Part shown: piece by piece, positions 14,401-26,135 of the stretch | Layout: the number at the start of each line of letters is the position of its first letter | How positions within the stretch are numbered: the first letter of the stretch is position 1 | Assembly (NCBI GenBank): GCA_040954595.2 | Contig: CM082594.2 | Location: forward strand, 8,501,573-8,565,572 | Direction of reading: 5' to 3' | From: Balanoglossus misakiensis | Lineage: Eukaryota; Animalia; Hemichordata | Length of the DNA: 64,000 nucleotides | Position numbers and translations under genes: made by a program | Notes under the pieces: model-generated | What the model was told of the DNA's origin: nothing | The model's input: only the letters and a program-made list of their open reading frames with translations | The model's database searches: none

Positions 14401-14540
14401 CTGTGATAAATCATAATGTCACAGCTACTGTGTCTTTTATTGTCCAGTGTCATATGGTATCTCTAGATCTCTCTTAAATACGTATTCATTTTTCTTTCGA
14501 TTGTCATGGATTTTTTTCGCTCTCTCTCTCTCTCCTGCAG

Positions 14541-17500
14541 ACAGCGTTGCATTGGGCTGCGAAACATGGGAAAAAAGAAATGGTGAAACTTCTGGCGGGG
14601 AGACGAGAGCTGGACATTAATACTAGGAGCGTAAGTGTCGTCTATATTAAAATTCCATCATGTCTGGTCGACATCGCGTAACGTGACGTGTGGTATTGAT
14701 TCTGGAATTTTTTACAGCCATCATAGAGTGTACCAGTTGACATTTATTCTGCAGATTCGATGCGACTTCATGCGTCATAATCGCTACTGATAGTCGAGCT
14801 ATCATTTTTGCCTAACTTCGTACTGCCGGACAGTACGTAGGAGAGCAGCGACTGCCTAACTGCCCATGATGAAAAATTCCTAGCTTGCCCATATTATGCC
14901 TAACTCACCACACCGGACCGAAGCTTGCTTTATACTTGGGACGAATCTGTCTCGTTTGTAATTGAAGCCTCAGAGTTGTCAGTCTACCAATAATGTTAAC
15001 TGCATGAAGGAAAAAGAGTGTTCAATTATATATTTGCAACATTTAAGTCAAACTTCCATTTTCTTTCCTTTGTTTGTTTGTTGGTTTGTTTGGACGGACT
15101 GGTGTAGCATGGGGTAAGTGTCATTTTCCTTCAGCTCTTGTAAAATATAAAACTGAAGCGCGATATTAAAGTAACACTGACATCTGCTTTCAATATTAAT
15201 ATTCCAGCAGAATCATGACAACTTCAGTATATTTCAAGAAAAGACCTTTATACTTAAAGATGGTCGGCCTGTAAGATTGTACGTCAGGGTATTAGATATT
15301 TTAGTCGAAGAAGTTTTGCGTGATGAAGAGCGCCATCAGTTGACATGCATCCTTTATACGCTTGTTTTTTCCCCAGGGTTACACTCCTCTACATATTGCA
15401 GCGATACATGGACACGATAGTGTTATACAGATGCTTGTCTCAGACTTCAGTAAGTGACGTGTATATATCTGTGTCAGACATTAGTAAGCCAATATACAAG
15501 AGAAAGGAATTTTTATGGTGACTTTTCTTACAGGTGGTTTTCATTTTGTTGCATTTTTAAACAATCGATCCCGCAATCTTGAAAAAGTGACTTGATAAGT
15601 GTCAAGTTAATTCTCAAAACTTGCTATTTCAGAGGCAGATGTAAACGTTCGTGACTACAACGGCAAGAAAGCCAAGCACCACCTGAAGAAGGGCACCCCC
15701 AACCACATCCAACGTAAGCTTGATAGTTCTCTGAGTCAAAAAGAGCGGGAAAGTCATGACACTGGCGATGGTGGCCATGACGATTTGGAATCGGATGATT
15801 TTGACGAGAAAGGTGTCAGTGGGTTTGTGAGAGCGTTGAGTTACAGGTTCTCATTCCGTACTCCGCGGAAGGGATCCATGAGGAAATCCCGGAAGAACCA
15901 GAATGGTACCACTCATTAGTTTGTGGTGCCCGTCAACTGTCATCTTCCAGAATTCATTTACACTGATCATTATATTTTCCACAGAGTTGACGTATAAATA
16001 TGTTCTAGTAAATTTTTTCAACAAGCAGCATTTTGATATTTACAATGGAAATTTAAAGTTGAAGCGATAGGATAGTGCATGGCTAGTCAATTGTATAGTG
16101 GCATGTTTAGTTGCATTTCTAGCGTTAATCCTTTAACCAGTACCAAAGTTATCAGAATTTGTCCAGAATTTCTAATTTTCTAATCTAGTTACGACATTGA
16201 TGTCCCATCGCTTGTGTGTAACATTAGAACAGCGAGTACTACTTGAATGATGGGCTATTTACATACAGTGTTAGTCTAAATGGCGATTGGCTGAATTGAT
16301 AGAATACTTACACATGATTGGCTGCCTGAGTGCATCATGGTAGACCAATCAGGATTGGTTACCTCGGTAGTCTACTTACAAGTTACAGATGATTGACTAA
16401 TTTTCCAAGAATGTATTGAATCTAAATTTGACTGGCAGTAGATGAAGATTTTCTGGCAGAGAAGTCAGTTGGAAGTGTGCAATAAGTCAGTGCGTGTATG
16501 TGTGTCCAGGCACTTTTCAAGCTGCCTGTCACAGTGCCTTACAAATCTCAACCCCCAGCTCTTTCCACATGCATGAGTGTCCAGCATCTCATGTATCTAT
16601 GAGTACTATGTTGCTGTATGTCTGTATTGTGTATATGTATGTATCATAGCTGTATTTGTGTGTATATGTCTGTCAAAATGTAAAGTAATTTTTATTATCG
16701 AGCCTCTGGGGACAGCTTTATAATTACACAAAATGAAAAGAATAAGATTTATTTGGTTGGAGAACTGTATGACCAAGTCTTTCAGTTTTGTTGTACTTGT
16801 TATAAAGACACCATCAGGAGTACACTTTTTAGAATAGCTGTATTATTTTATCAACTTTTGTCAGTTTTGATTTTTGCCGACTGTTTCAAGCACGATTGTC
16901 AGATGTGTTCCCCATGTGACTGTGTTTAGTTTTAGTGAGACCTTTTGTGAATTCTCTATTGTACATTAATCCCCAGTAAGTATTTCTGTAAAAGTGTAAT
17001 TTATTTGTCTTTTTGTTCATAAGTCCATGTTCCCTGTTTTTCAGTATCCCCAGTTGACCTAGTTTGTGATATAATTTACATTTTAACCCCGAAACCTGTT
17101 GGCTGATCATCTTCCCTGCTTTTATTTCAAAATTTAAACCAATAAAATCCAGCAGCCGAGATTGCACCTGTAACTGTGCGCTTGGTGTTGTTTCTGACAG
17201 GGCTGAAGTTGGCATTTTTGAAGCTCATTCCAGAAAGTAATGTTGATGTTGTTAAGCAGTGTGATCAGAAAAAAAGCTGGATGGTTGATGACCTGAGCAC
17301 AGGGTCACTCTCGTTGAACAGCACAGTGGTTTTAATTATTTCAGGATATTATGTTTAAAAAATATATGTTTATGCTCACAAGTTGGACGTGAGCCTTGCT
17401 GTCGTGACTACCACTTGACTATAGCACAGTTTGTACATACACTCCCCTTCACACTCACAGATAGACACACACACACACTTTTCACACATGGTGAACAGTT

Positions 17501-19274
17501 TGTGTATTTACTGTACCATACACTTGAGCACACACTCACACACATACACACACACAAAAGAAAAACTTTCTTTTTCAAAAATGGCAACTTCAGTCCTCGT
17601 ATGTATCCTTGCATGGCTAACCTGGCAGTAACTGAGTACCACCTACATGTAGGTACCATAAAAAAACTAAAACACTTTGGTGATAATACTTCAGTGCTGT
17701 GTATCTTTCCACGGTCTTCGATCTCACTGCTTAACTTGGGACAGGTCTTTCTCAACTGACAACTACAAATGGTTTCTTTCACTCTCTGTGGTTACCAGTC
17801 AGCAGAATCATTGCCTGACTTGTCCATATTTTAACAAAAGTAAAATTGCAGTGAAAACTTTGAAAGGCAAACTTCGCTCTTTAACACAGCTTTTCATAAA
17901 TAATTAGCACAAAGGGGTCAAAGTTTTGTAAAAGTGTTATGATTAAATAGTAACAATGATTTCACCCTGTGATAAGGCATAATATGTAAAATAATTTTAG
18001 GATAAAATTCCTATTCTTGATAAATGAAAAGTTGAATTTTCCCACTTTTTGTGCAGTTGATTGTTTTTTGCAGTTGATATAGATGTCCATTGCTTGGCCT
18101 CCCCATCATTCCACACCCTCATGGCACTTCCCCATGACTCCCCCGTGTTGCTATGGTGACTCACAGAGTGGTACCTCGACTTCTCTTTCAGTGTTCACAT
18201 GTTGATCTTGCTATTTTTCTTCCTTATTTTCTCCCAGAGATGTTACAGGGTAATGTCAGAGGTAAGAAGAACTTTTGCACTTTATTTTGGCTGGTGAACA
18301 GTTCTTACGATATCTTGTGATTTAATGATGTACAAACACTTAAGGGCGACGATTATCTTATGTGCATGTGCCAAACCAGAGACTCTGGTTACAAAAACTG
18401 TATACAGTCAATGCCATAAGGCAGTGTGTGCTGTGGGATGTTGTGTTAAGGTATAAGGTGTAGTGTATGGATTCCAACAGAAGATTTCATTTCACGAACA
18501 AAGTTGACGTCGATCATCATCAATTATCTTCCCATTGCCGGCAGTGTACAGCGTCAAACGCAGAACACAGAGATCCAACTCCATCGAGAAGAAGAGATCC
18601 AGCGTTCCGTTCTTCAACAAGCCTCTCAAATGGGGATCAGCTGAGAACCTGAGTCAAAGCAAGAAAGAGAAAACTCCACCTGCAACGCCGCCGTCGTCAC
18701 CAGCTCTGAGAAGACAGAATTCATCCGATGCCTTTGACAAAGAGGTGGGCATGATTTGTTAGCAATGTAATTGAACTGAAATGGTGAGCTGATAGAAATT
18801 ACACATACTATGTAATCTGGCTCTTAAGGTTTAATACATGTACAAGTAATGTGTAACAGTGTAAACTGTACATATTACTTTTATGTGAATGAAACACATT
18901 CTTAGTGTACTGCTGGATAATATGTAACATTTTTGTTTTTGGTGATTTGTATCCATACAGCTGATGCCACCCCCAAAGGCACCAGGAAGGAAAAGTAGGA
19001 AAAAGAAGACGGAATCCCTTCATGGATCTAGGTTGGTAATGAGCTATTAAAAGTGGTACTTATATCTTTGGAAAATGTGCATGCGTTGTGTGAAATAAGG
19101 ACAACTTTTATGGCAGTGGCTATACCACTTTTTGTACTGAATCAACTGATAATACACAGTTGCTCTTTAAATGAGCATCTCTTGAAGTCGTTCTTTGCAT
19201 TCTTCTTGAATAGGGAGTCACACTCTGAGGACCCAAGGAGATCACAGTCTGAACCAGACCTGCTGGCGGATTGA
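14541..19274 (+). CDS. SOWAH: Sosondowah (SOWAH)-family ankyrin repeat protein, 3' coding exons; 5' part lies upstream of the window
   Basis: Exons 14541-14630 (TALHWAAKHGKKEMVKLLAGRRELDINTRS), 15108-15113 (HG), 15377-15449 (GYTPLHIAAIHGHDSVIQMLVSDF), 15633-15713 (KADVNVRDYNGKKAKHHL...), 18238-18261, 18545-18744 (...KWGSAENL...), 18961-19031, 19214-19274 (...SEPDLLAD*). All are GT-AG with consistent phases. The two ankyrin repeats match my recollection of SOWAHA/B/C (TALHWAAK..RSHGGYTPLH..RD.SG). Confidence 0.88.
15108..15113 (+). CDS. SOWAH: 6-nt microexon (CATGGG, His-Gly) of Sowah
   Basis: ggtgtAG|CATGGG|GTAAGT after a long U-rich tract with no AG at 15048-15105. It restores INTRS-HG-GYTPLH, matching the ARSHGGYTPLH motif of SOWAH. 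Confidence 0.85.
17440..17556. repeat. Degenerate (CA)n-rich microsatellite in a Sowah intron
   Basis: Interrupted acacac runs. Confidence 0.7.
18340..18431 (+). mobile_element. Terminal fragment of an interspersed non-autonomous DNA transposon (TTAA-flanked; second copy at 37631-37721)
   Basis: ttaagggcgacgattatcttatgtgcatgtgccaaaccagagactctggttac...cagtcaatgccataaggcagtgtg aligns along its length with the reverse complement of 37631-37721; both end at TTAA. Confidence 0.65.
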
Positions 19275-20360
19275 GAGGATGACCATCACAAACTCCATAT
19301 GTGAGAAACAGTTCAGTAACTGCTGCCAGGTCAGCGTACAACACTGCCAAATCTTGATGGGAACTCGTCGATTGATATTTACCATGGCTGAGTAACAATT
19401 GCTGCAAAACTGTTGTAGAACAGGTTATTTTCCAAACTCCAGAGGACCCTGTAAGATTTCAGGTGGCTGGGCAATTTATATGGGGGACTATTTGAAACTG
19501 ACAACAGTGAGCTGACAAAAGATTAGATTATTAAGTCTTGCCATTTTGGACTCTTTGAATGTTATTCACAGAAGACAGCAACAGTGCCTTTCTACATATT
19601 CCAGTTTTTTTCAAATCACATGGTGTGCAATTCATGTTAATAATCTTTCATTTCACATAGAACTCAAAAAAGTCAAGTCTGGTGTGTGCCATGGTCACTC
19701 CACAAAGTGACTGTGTGTATACCAATGAAAACTAGTGTAATAGTTTATAACATGATCACAAGTGTAACATAATAATGAATGTCAAACTTATAATGATCAA
19801 TTATACACTTTTACAGGGTTTAATAACTAGTCATATCACTGGTAGTTTAAAATCACAGGTGGCAGAAGTAGTCTACTGCGTTCAGTTGTAAATATAAGAC
19901 CTCCTCGACAAAGTCCAAAGGAGGATTAATATGATAAATTTATCTGTAATAGATCCAGTTTCATGTGTTAAGATTCAGTCTTGTACAGGTACAGGTACAG
20001 TACACCAATGCTCTGTGACCTTTGACCATAATTGTGGAGTGCCTGCACGTGACTGAATTTTCAGTCCACATGACAGCTTGAAGACTAGAAATTTATGTTA
20101 TGATCATGTGACTTCTAGTAAAACTAGTGAAAATCCAGTGTTAACATGTCATACTGTTGTAAAATAGTATTATCGGTAATTAAGTACACGGTAGTTACTC
20201 TCGCAATGTTAGATGTGAGATATAGATATTTTTTTATACAAGCGCTGTTGATTGGATAATCAATGTGCAATATTGTTAATTTATAGAAAAGTAAAAAAAT
20301 ATCTATCACAAATTTTCTTTTGTGGTGTGTCTTGTTTTATTGCATGTTATGTCTTCACAG

Positions 20361-20673
20361 GTGCTTTTTTGAAACGATTGACAGATCCGAAAATGATTCT
20401 CAGAAAGGAGAAGACTGGGGTAGCATAGATGAGTTGAATGCTTGGAAATATGTGAAGAAGCAGTGTTGTCTTCGAGATGAAGAAATTATTCTTGGAAAAT
20501 TACACAGTTCTGTTTTATGTGCTGATCTGCTTCATGATGGAGAAGAACAGAGAACAGGAAGAGAGAGAAAAAGCGAAGTCGTTTTAAATGTACCATTCAG
20601 TCAACTGCCTGCTGGTTTTGTAATGACATCCATGTATGTTTTCGTGGAAAAGCCAGTATTGCAGTCATTGTAG
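20361..20673 (+). CDS. SOWAH: Candidate alternative terminal coding exon of Sowah
   Basis: Pyrimidine-rich acceptor ...gtcttcacAG|G. Phase 2 matches the donor at 19031; open for 103 codons and contains DWGSIDEL. Confidence 0.4.
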
Positions 20674-22278
20674 CCACAGTGGGAAACACGCTGAGTGAAA
20701 TTCAGGACTACAATGACCTAGATAATCTAAACTGGATCAAGGTTAATCACACGCTGGGCTTTTTGCATCTTCCACAAAAACCAGACAGACAAGAATTTTA
20801 ATTAAATTCATTCCTTTATTGTTATTTTCTATTTCAATTGTCATTTTCTGAAATTACTCGACTAAGTAGAATATGTGTACATAATTAAAACCAGAATATT
20901 ACCTATACAGTTCAAAGTATTTCTATATTTGCACAAAAGCAAATCATGAAGGAGGGAAAGTGAACTATTTTGGGCGGAATGATATTAAAAAATACATTCT
21001 ATAGGAAATGATACATAATATAGACTTGAAACATAAATACAACACTGTAAGAACTACTAAACTAGAAAAGTCTATAATATTTTATGACAACAAAAGAATT
21101 CAAATGTAGAGTTCAAAATTTACAAATAAGTTTCCCAAGTTTTGCTTCACACGCGTTTTGAGAGTAATTCTTTTTCCTCACAAATCAACTTTCAACCTCA
21201 AAATACAGAAAGTCTGTCAAAAACCGGTTTATGTCCTTTTCTATCTAACACTATAACTGTTGCAACATTTTGAATGTTTTTTTCTTTTAAAACTACCCTC
21301 TGATGTATCACTTTTGAAGCATAAACACACTTTCAGAAATATCACAAAAATTCTAAATGTAAAAAGGTGACAATATGCTGAATTCCATTACCTTAAATAT
21401 TATAAACAAAATGGTATGATGTGTAACGCACAATCTTGGTGAGGTCGTCTGCTGTCATGCAAATAAGTACATTATATTAATAGAGCTTATTGATCACAGC
21501 CATAGTTATTAAGTGGTCAAAGATATGTCGCCTTAACATTCTCCATAGTCAAGAAATACCCTGCATATCCCAATACCCAGACTACCATACCCTCTAATAT
21601 ACACACCAGATCACTTCACCATTTATTAAGTCTACAATAGCTTGTGCAAATAATGATCTCACATAGACAATTAAGTGTTTGTCGATGGTGACATATTTAA
21701 GTACATTGACATGGAAATAACTTTGAATTAATTAAATAGTATTGCAAGTTGCTCCGTATAATTTCGTGTACAACAGCCTTTTAAGTGTTCATCTAGTTTT
21801 AGTACTCGTATATTTTTTCATTCAGTTGTAACTTTCATATGTGCTGACCAATGCTACTGACAATCAACGTCTACTGAACTAATATCCCAAGTGCATAGTA
21901 TAATTGTTCAGATTGTTTTCTTTTCTGAACTACATGATTCGTACAAATGTAATGTTTACACCTTCCTAGCACCTAAAATTATAAGCAAAGACTAACTTTT
22001 CACATTCTTATTGTAAATCGTGCTGTAACATTTCCTTGAAACCCTCGATATTCTATCCATGTATCGTCCAAACGCTAATCAAATTAATCCTGATGTAAGA
22101 TGACCACTGATTGCATTTACATTTAATGTCAAAACTAGGCAGATGAAGATTTAGTTACAGTCTTCAATGTGCACTGGTCCCAAAACCGAAGAACTATTTT
22201 TACAAAATAATACAGTGAAGTGAAAATTACTGTGCAACATTTAAAAATCTCTCCCAAGATTTTAACAAAATGGCCAAT

Positions 22279-24848
22279 TTAGTCATCAGGTTCATATTTT
22301 CTAAGTCTTCGTCGGAGGTCCTTGATCTGTTCATTCTTCTTCTCAAGCATTTTCTTCAAATTCTTGTAGGCTCCAGTTTGACTAAACTTCTTTTCAAGTT
22401 CCTGATTGTATGACAAACATAAATTTAGTTACAGACTTCCATCAGCACTGCAGAGAAAACTTTCAATAACTGATTATCTCTCAAACGAAACTTCTTTTAA
22501 ATTTTCAAAATGATCATCCCATCCCACACAAGCGTCTGCACTGTCACAGTGGATGAGTCAAACTAAGCATTGAACCTTTCTTGTCTCACCTTTTCAGCCA
22601 TTTCCAATTGTTCTTGTATTTCCAACAATCTGTGCTTTGTGTTCGCAAGATCTCCTTCAAGCATATCATGTGTTGCTGCACTGGATTTTTTGTTCTGAAA
22701 AGTGACAAAAATATTCAGTAATGTTTCCAGTGGAAATCATTGTACACTAAATGATGTTCGGCCAAATCTGGTTGACTTGTTTGGACGAAGTCGAAGAAGA
22801 GAGATTACAATTTCTCGTACCTTTTCCATTTGCATCCTGACCGCCGACATCTGCCCTTCCAATTCTGATAAATCTGCACCTGTGTCACTGCCAGACCTTC
22901 CTTTCATTCCCCGCAGTTCGTCTTGAGTCCGATGGAGATCTGATTCCAGCTTTGACTTGTCTTGTAACATCCCAGTTGCCTGAGGATGCAAATAGAAAAA
23001 CATAGAGTTGTCTCAGTGTACATCCGTGTGAAGTTTACCCACAAAGCAAGTCTATCTAATATCATATGACACTCTACCAATGAGTAGCAAAAATTAGTTG
23101 ACATTCATCCATAGAATGACCCCAAAAATTACCACAACTATTACCATTCCGCACTTACTTTCATTTCCACAGACTTTAATCTTTCTCGGAGTTTCTCGTT
23201 TTCCTCGTTAAGTCTGTCGATTTCTTTTTGAAGCAACTCTACTCCTCCGGCTTCAAGTGGCGACAGTTTCTTCATGTCAAAATTGGGTTTTCCTGACTGG
23301 GGGGAAATCAAAAATCAAACTCATGTCTAATTACAAATACTATAGATAGTATTTAATGTCACCAGCATCATCAAATTAAACATTGAATTATACTCTAGTT
23401 AATCTTTGTCCAATACTTACTGGTTTGCCAGACACTTCTCTTTCTTCAATATCTTGAATTAATTCAATTAATTCTCTGAAACCATAATACAATATTCATA
23501 TCAGCTGTAATTGTGTTGCTATCAATATTGTATTTTTGTATTTGATCTATTCATGGGGGTCTCACTCCCACCTCGTGGGTCTACAAACTGATATTTATGG
23601 ATGAGTTTATTTCTTGATAAGATACCAACAAGACAATTCCACATATATACCTATTTTCTAATTCAGAAATATCAGCTTGTAGTTTGAGATGCCATTTTTC
23701 AGCTTGCTGGAATAGCTGCCTCAGTAGAAGGACATTAGTGTGAGTTGTGTTGATTAATTCTGTTTCCACTTCTCCTCTGACCACTGCTTCCAGACCGTCC
23801 AACATCTCGATGACCTCATCGACTGTAAATGTATCATCAGTCAACCTGGGTAGACAATCAACGATAACTTGAATAATATATGAATTGTTTTATTAAAGGG
23901 GGGACAATGTGCATAAGATTTATTAATTAATTAATCTCAATTGTATATTCATTGTCACAGTGTCTGAGCTCTGAGGATGTGAAATGCAGCCAACCTGCTC
24001 TCCTTCAGATCGTCAAAGCTTCCGTCCACCACACGCAGATTCTGTCCTCGTTTGTAGCGCGCAAATCTCATGTAATTCAAGACTGTTTGCTGGTGGTGGT
24101 CGTTCAGTCCAAGTTCCGCCTGGGAAGAAAACAAAATTAGTAATTATGATTAAGAATATCATGTAGCTGCAATAATATTTTTGGTACTATCATATCAGTG
24201 TAGGTGATATATGTGCGCAATATTCGTATTGGTATCGTGGTTGGGTTGTGCCCTCGCGATTGTGTCACGTTTCCCTGGAAACAAGGTAATTTGCATGCTA
24301 TGCATTCAATGTAGGAAGACGTTGTAATTCCCTTGGAAACCGAGTGTGCTAATGATCTTAGCACTGTAGGTGTACGATATTTCACGGGTTTCTTGGCTGA
24401 GAATAGTGCAAAGACAGCTGGAGCCAGTTATGCACCGCGCACCGACACGATTCTTCTTGATGGGCCGGGCCGGGTGGGCGGAGATCTGTTTCACGGTGCG
24501 GTCCGAGAGATGAGGCCGTGATCAAGGTGAGTAGCATCATGATCGATTTGCGTTTGAAAGCCAGAAAAAACTATAGCTATATACGATTTGCTTCTATCGA
24601 TGCACAGTTCAGACGAAATGGAAAAAAACTCAGACACATAGGTGTTTGACAGCTCCGTTAGTAACCGTACAATTACACTTCTTGAGCGATGTTGACTGTT
24701 GTTGATCGCGTTGAAATCTACACACAATACGCGCGTCACACCAAACGCCGATCTGAGATGCGAAATAAACACGATCGACATTGGTAAAAGTCAAACCCTT
24801 AGTTCATGAAACTGCCAAAGTCAACAAGCATCCTGCCATACGTACCAT
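22279..24848 (-). CDS. LZTFL1: Leucine zipper transcription factor-like 1 (BBS17), ~300 aa, 8 coding exons
   Basis: Exons (minus): 24846-24848 (ATG only), 23995-24119 (AELGLNDHHQQTVLNYMRFARYKRG...), 23651-23845 (...KWHLKLQADISELENR), 23421-23475, 23159-23296, 22821-22979, 22590-22694, 22279-22401 (ELEKKFSQTGAYKNLK...KYEPDD*). Total 903 nt, phases consistent. N- and C-termini closely match vertebrate LZTFL1. Confidence 0.95.
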
Positions 24849-25700
24849 TTTAAAATCCTGATACTCTAACCCCTCTGTCCAGATCAAATTCCCACCTAGT
24901 GCTAAGCAAAGCTGCGGTATTTCCGTCAACTGAATGGATCGAGCGCTGATGCTAACCAAGCATGCGCCAGCACCAAAAAGTTCCCGGATATAAGAGGGCA
25001 AAGGTCATGCAAGACTTTTCAACGCACTTCTCTGCGAAAAATACTCGGGGAGGGGTGTGCTTAATTCTTCACTCGTAAATCCGCTGTACTTGTTTTATAA
25101 AGGTACATTCTGCGTTTGGTTAGTTGTTTGTTTGGTTTGTCGTCTAAGGTTCTCCGTTATATAATTTTATCTGCATTTAACAAAACATCTTGAAGTCCCT
25201 CCCCTGGGTCCCTTTGGGGACGCGTGTCCTCGTCCAAATGGGCAATACTCACGTGACAAAACAACTGTCAGCTGACCTAGTACCTGGACGCCATATTGAA
25301 AGTTTGAGTGTTGACCTTACTAAGTTACTGCATTGTGTTTTTGTTGATAAATGTCGCACTAGCAAGTATTTGTGGTACGCCACATTGATGTCAACGTGTA
25401 AGCGGTAAGTAATGAAACACTTTAACACGACATAATGTTTACACGACGTAAAATCACCGATCAGTGCGCAAAGTTGTGGCTGATCAGTGATCACTGATGA
25501 CTTGGACTGGCTCCGGTGTGTTGACGTTGCCGTACCGTGTGTTAAATCGGCGATCGCCACATATGACGGACGATCGCAATATATTTATAGATTTTTAACA
25601 TCCCGGTATATAACAGGAAGTATATGTAAAGGCAGACGAAATTCAACTGGAGGTGAAATTCCGGTGGCTCAGTCACTCATCTGTATTTGATGAGGCCAGG
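24190..25700. promoter_or_regulatory. CpG-enriched bidirectional promoter region of LZTFL1/FYCO1
   Basis: Visibly higher CG density than the flanks; lies between the divergent start codons (24848 minus, 26136 plus). Possible non-coding FYCO1 exon donor at 25101/25102 (ataaag|gtacat). Confidence 0.55.
24269..24282. promoter_or_regulatory. RFX X-box in LZTFL1 intron 1
   Basis: GTTTCCCTGGAAAC fits the X-box consensus GTTNCC-N2-RGNAAC; LZTFL1 is a BBSome/cilia gene. Confidence 0.5.
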
Positions 25701-26135
25701 TCACTGAGGTCAATAGTCTGTCACATTATCAGTATGCCAAGTTTCATTGTGGCGTGATAACATTTGCAATCTTATTATGCTTTTAGCTTATATGTTGTCC
25801 CAATGTGTACTAATTTTGAAATATTCAAGTCCATGGCAAGGCTTGCATAATAGGCACCAATATACATATTTGTCATTTCTCAGTGAGTGGTGGGCAGTTG
25901 AAACTAAAAATAGGAGAAATTTACAGATGTCACTGACAGTTGGCCTGTTGGTGAATACATGTATGAGACAGCTGTATGGCCACAGCGTATGTTACGGTAA
26001 TGTATGCTGAGGCATGAATATGAATAACCGATATTTGTCCTTTTTCTGCATAGGTAGAAGTAGAAAATGGTAGGATTTGTGTAATCTTAAGTACCGCTCA
26101 ACCTGCTTTACGTCGAAAGGTGAAAGGTCAACACC

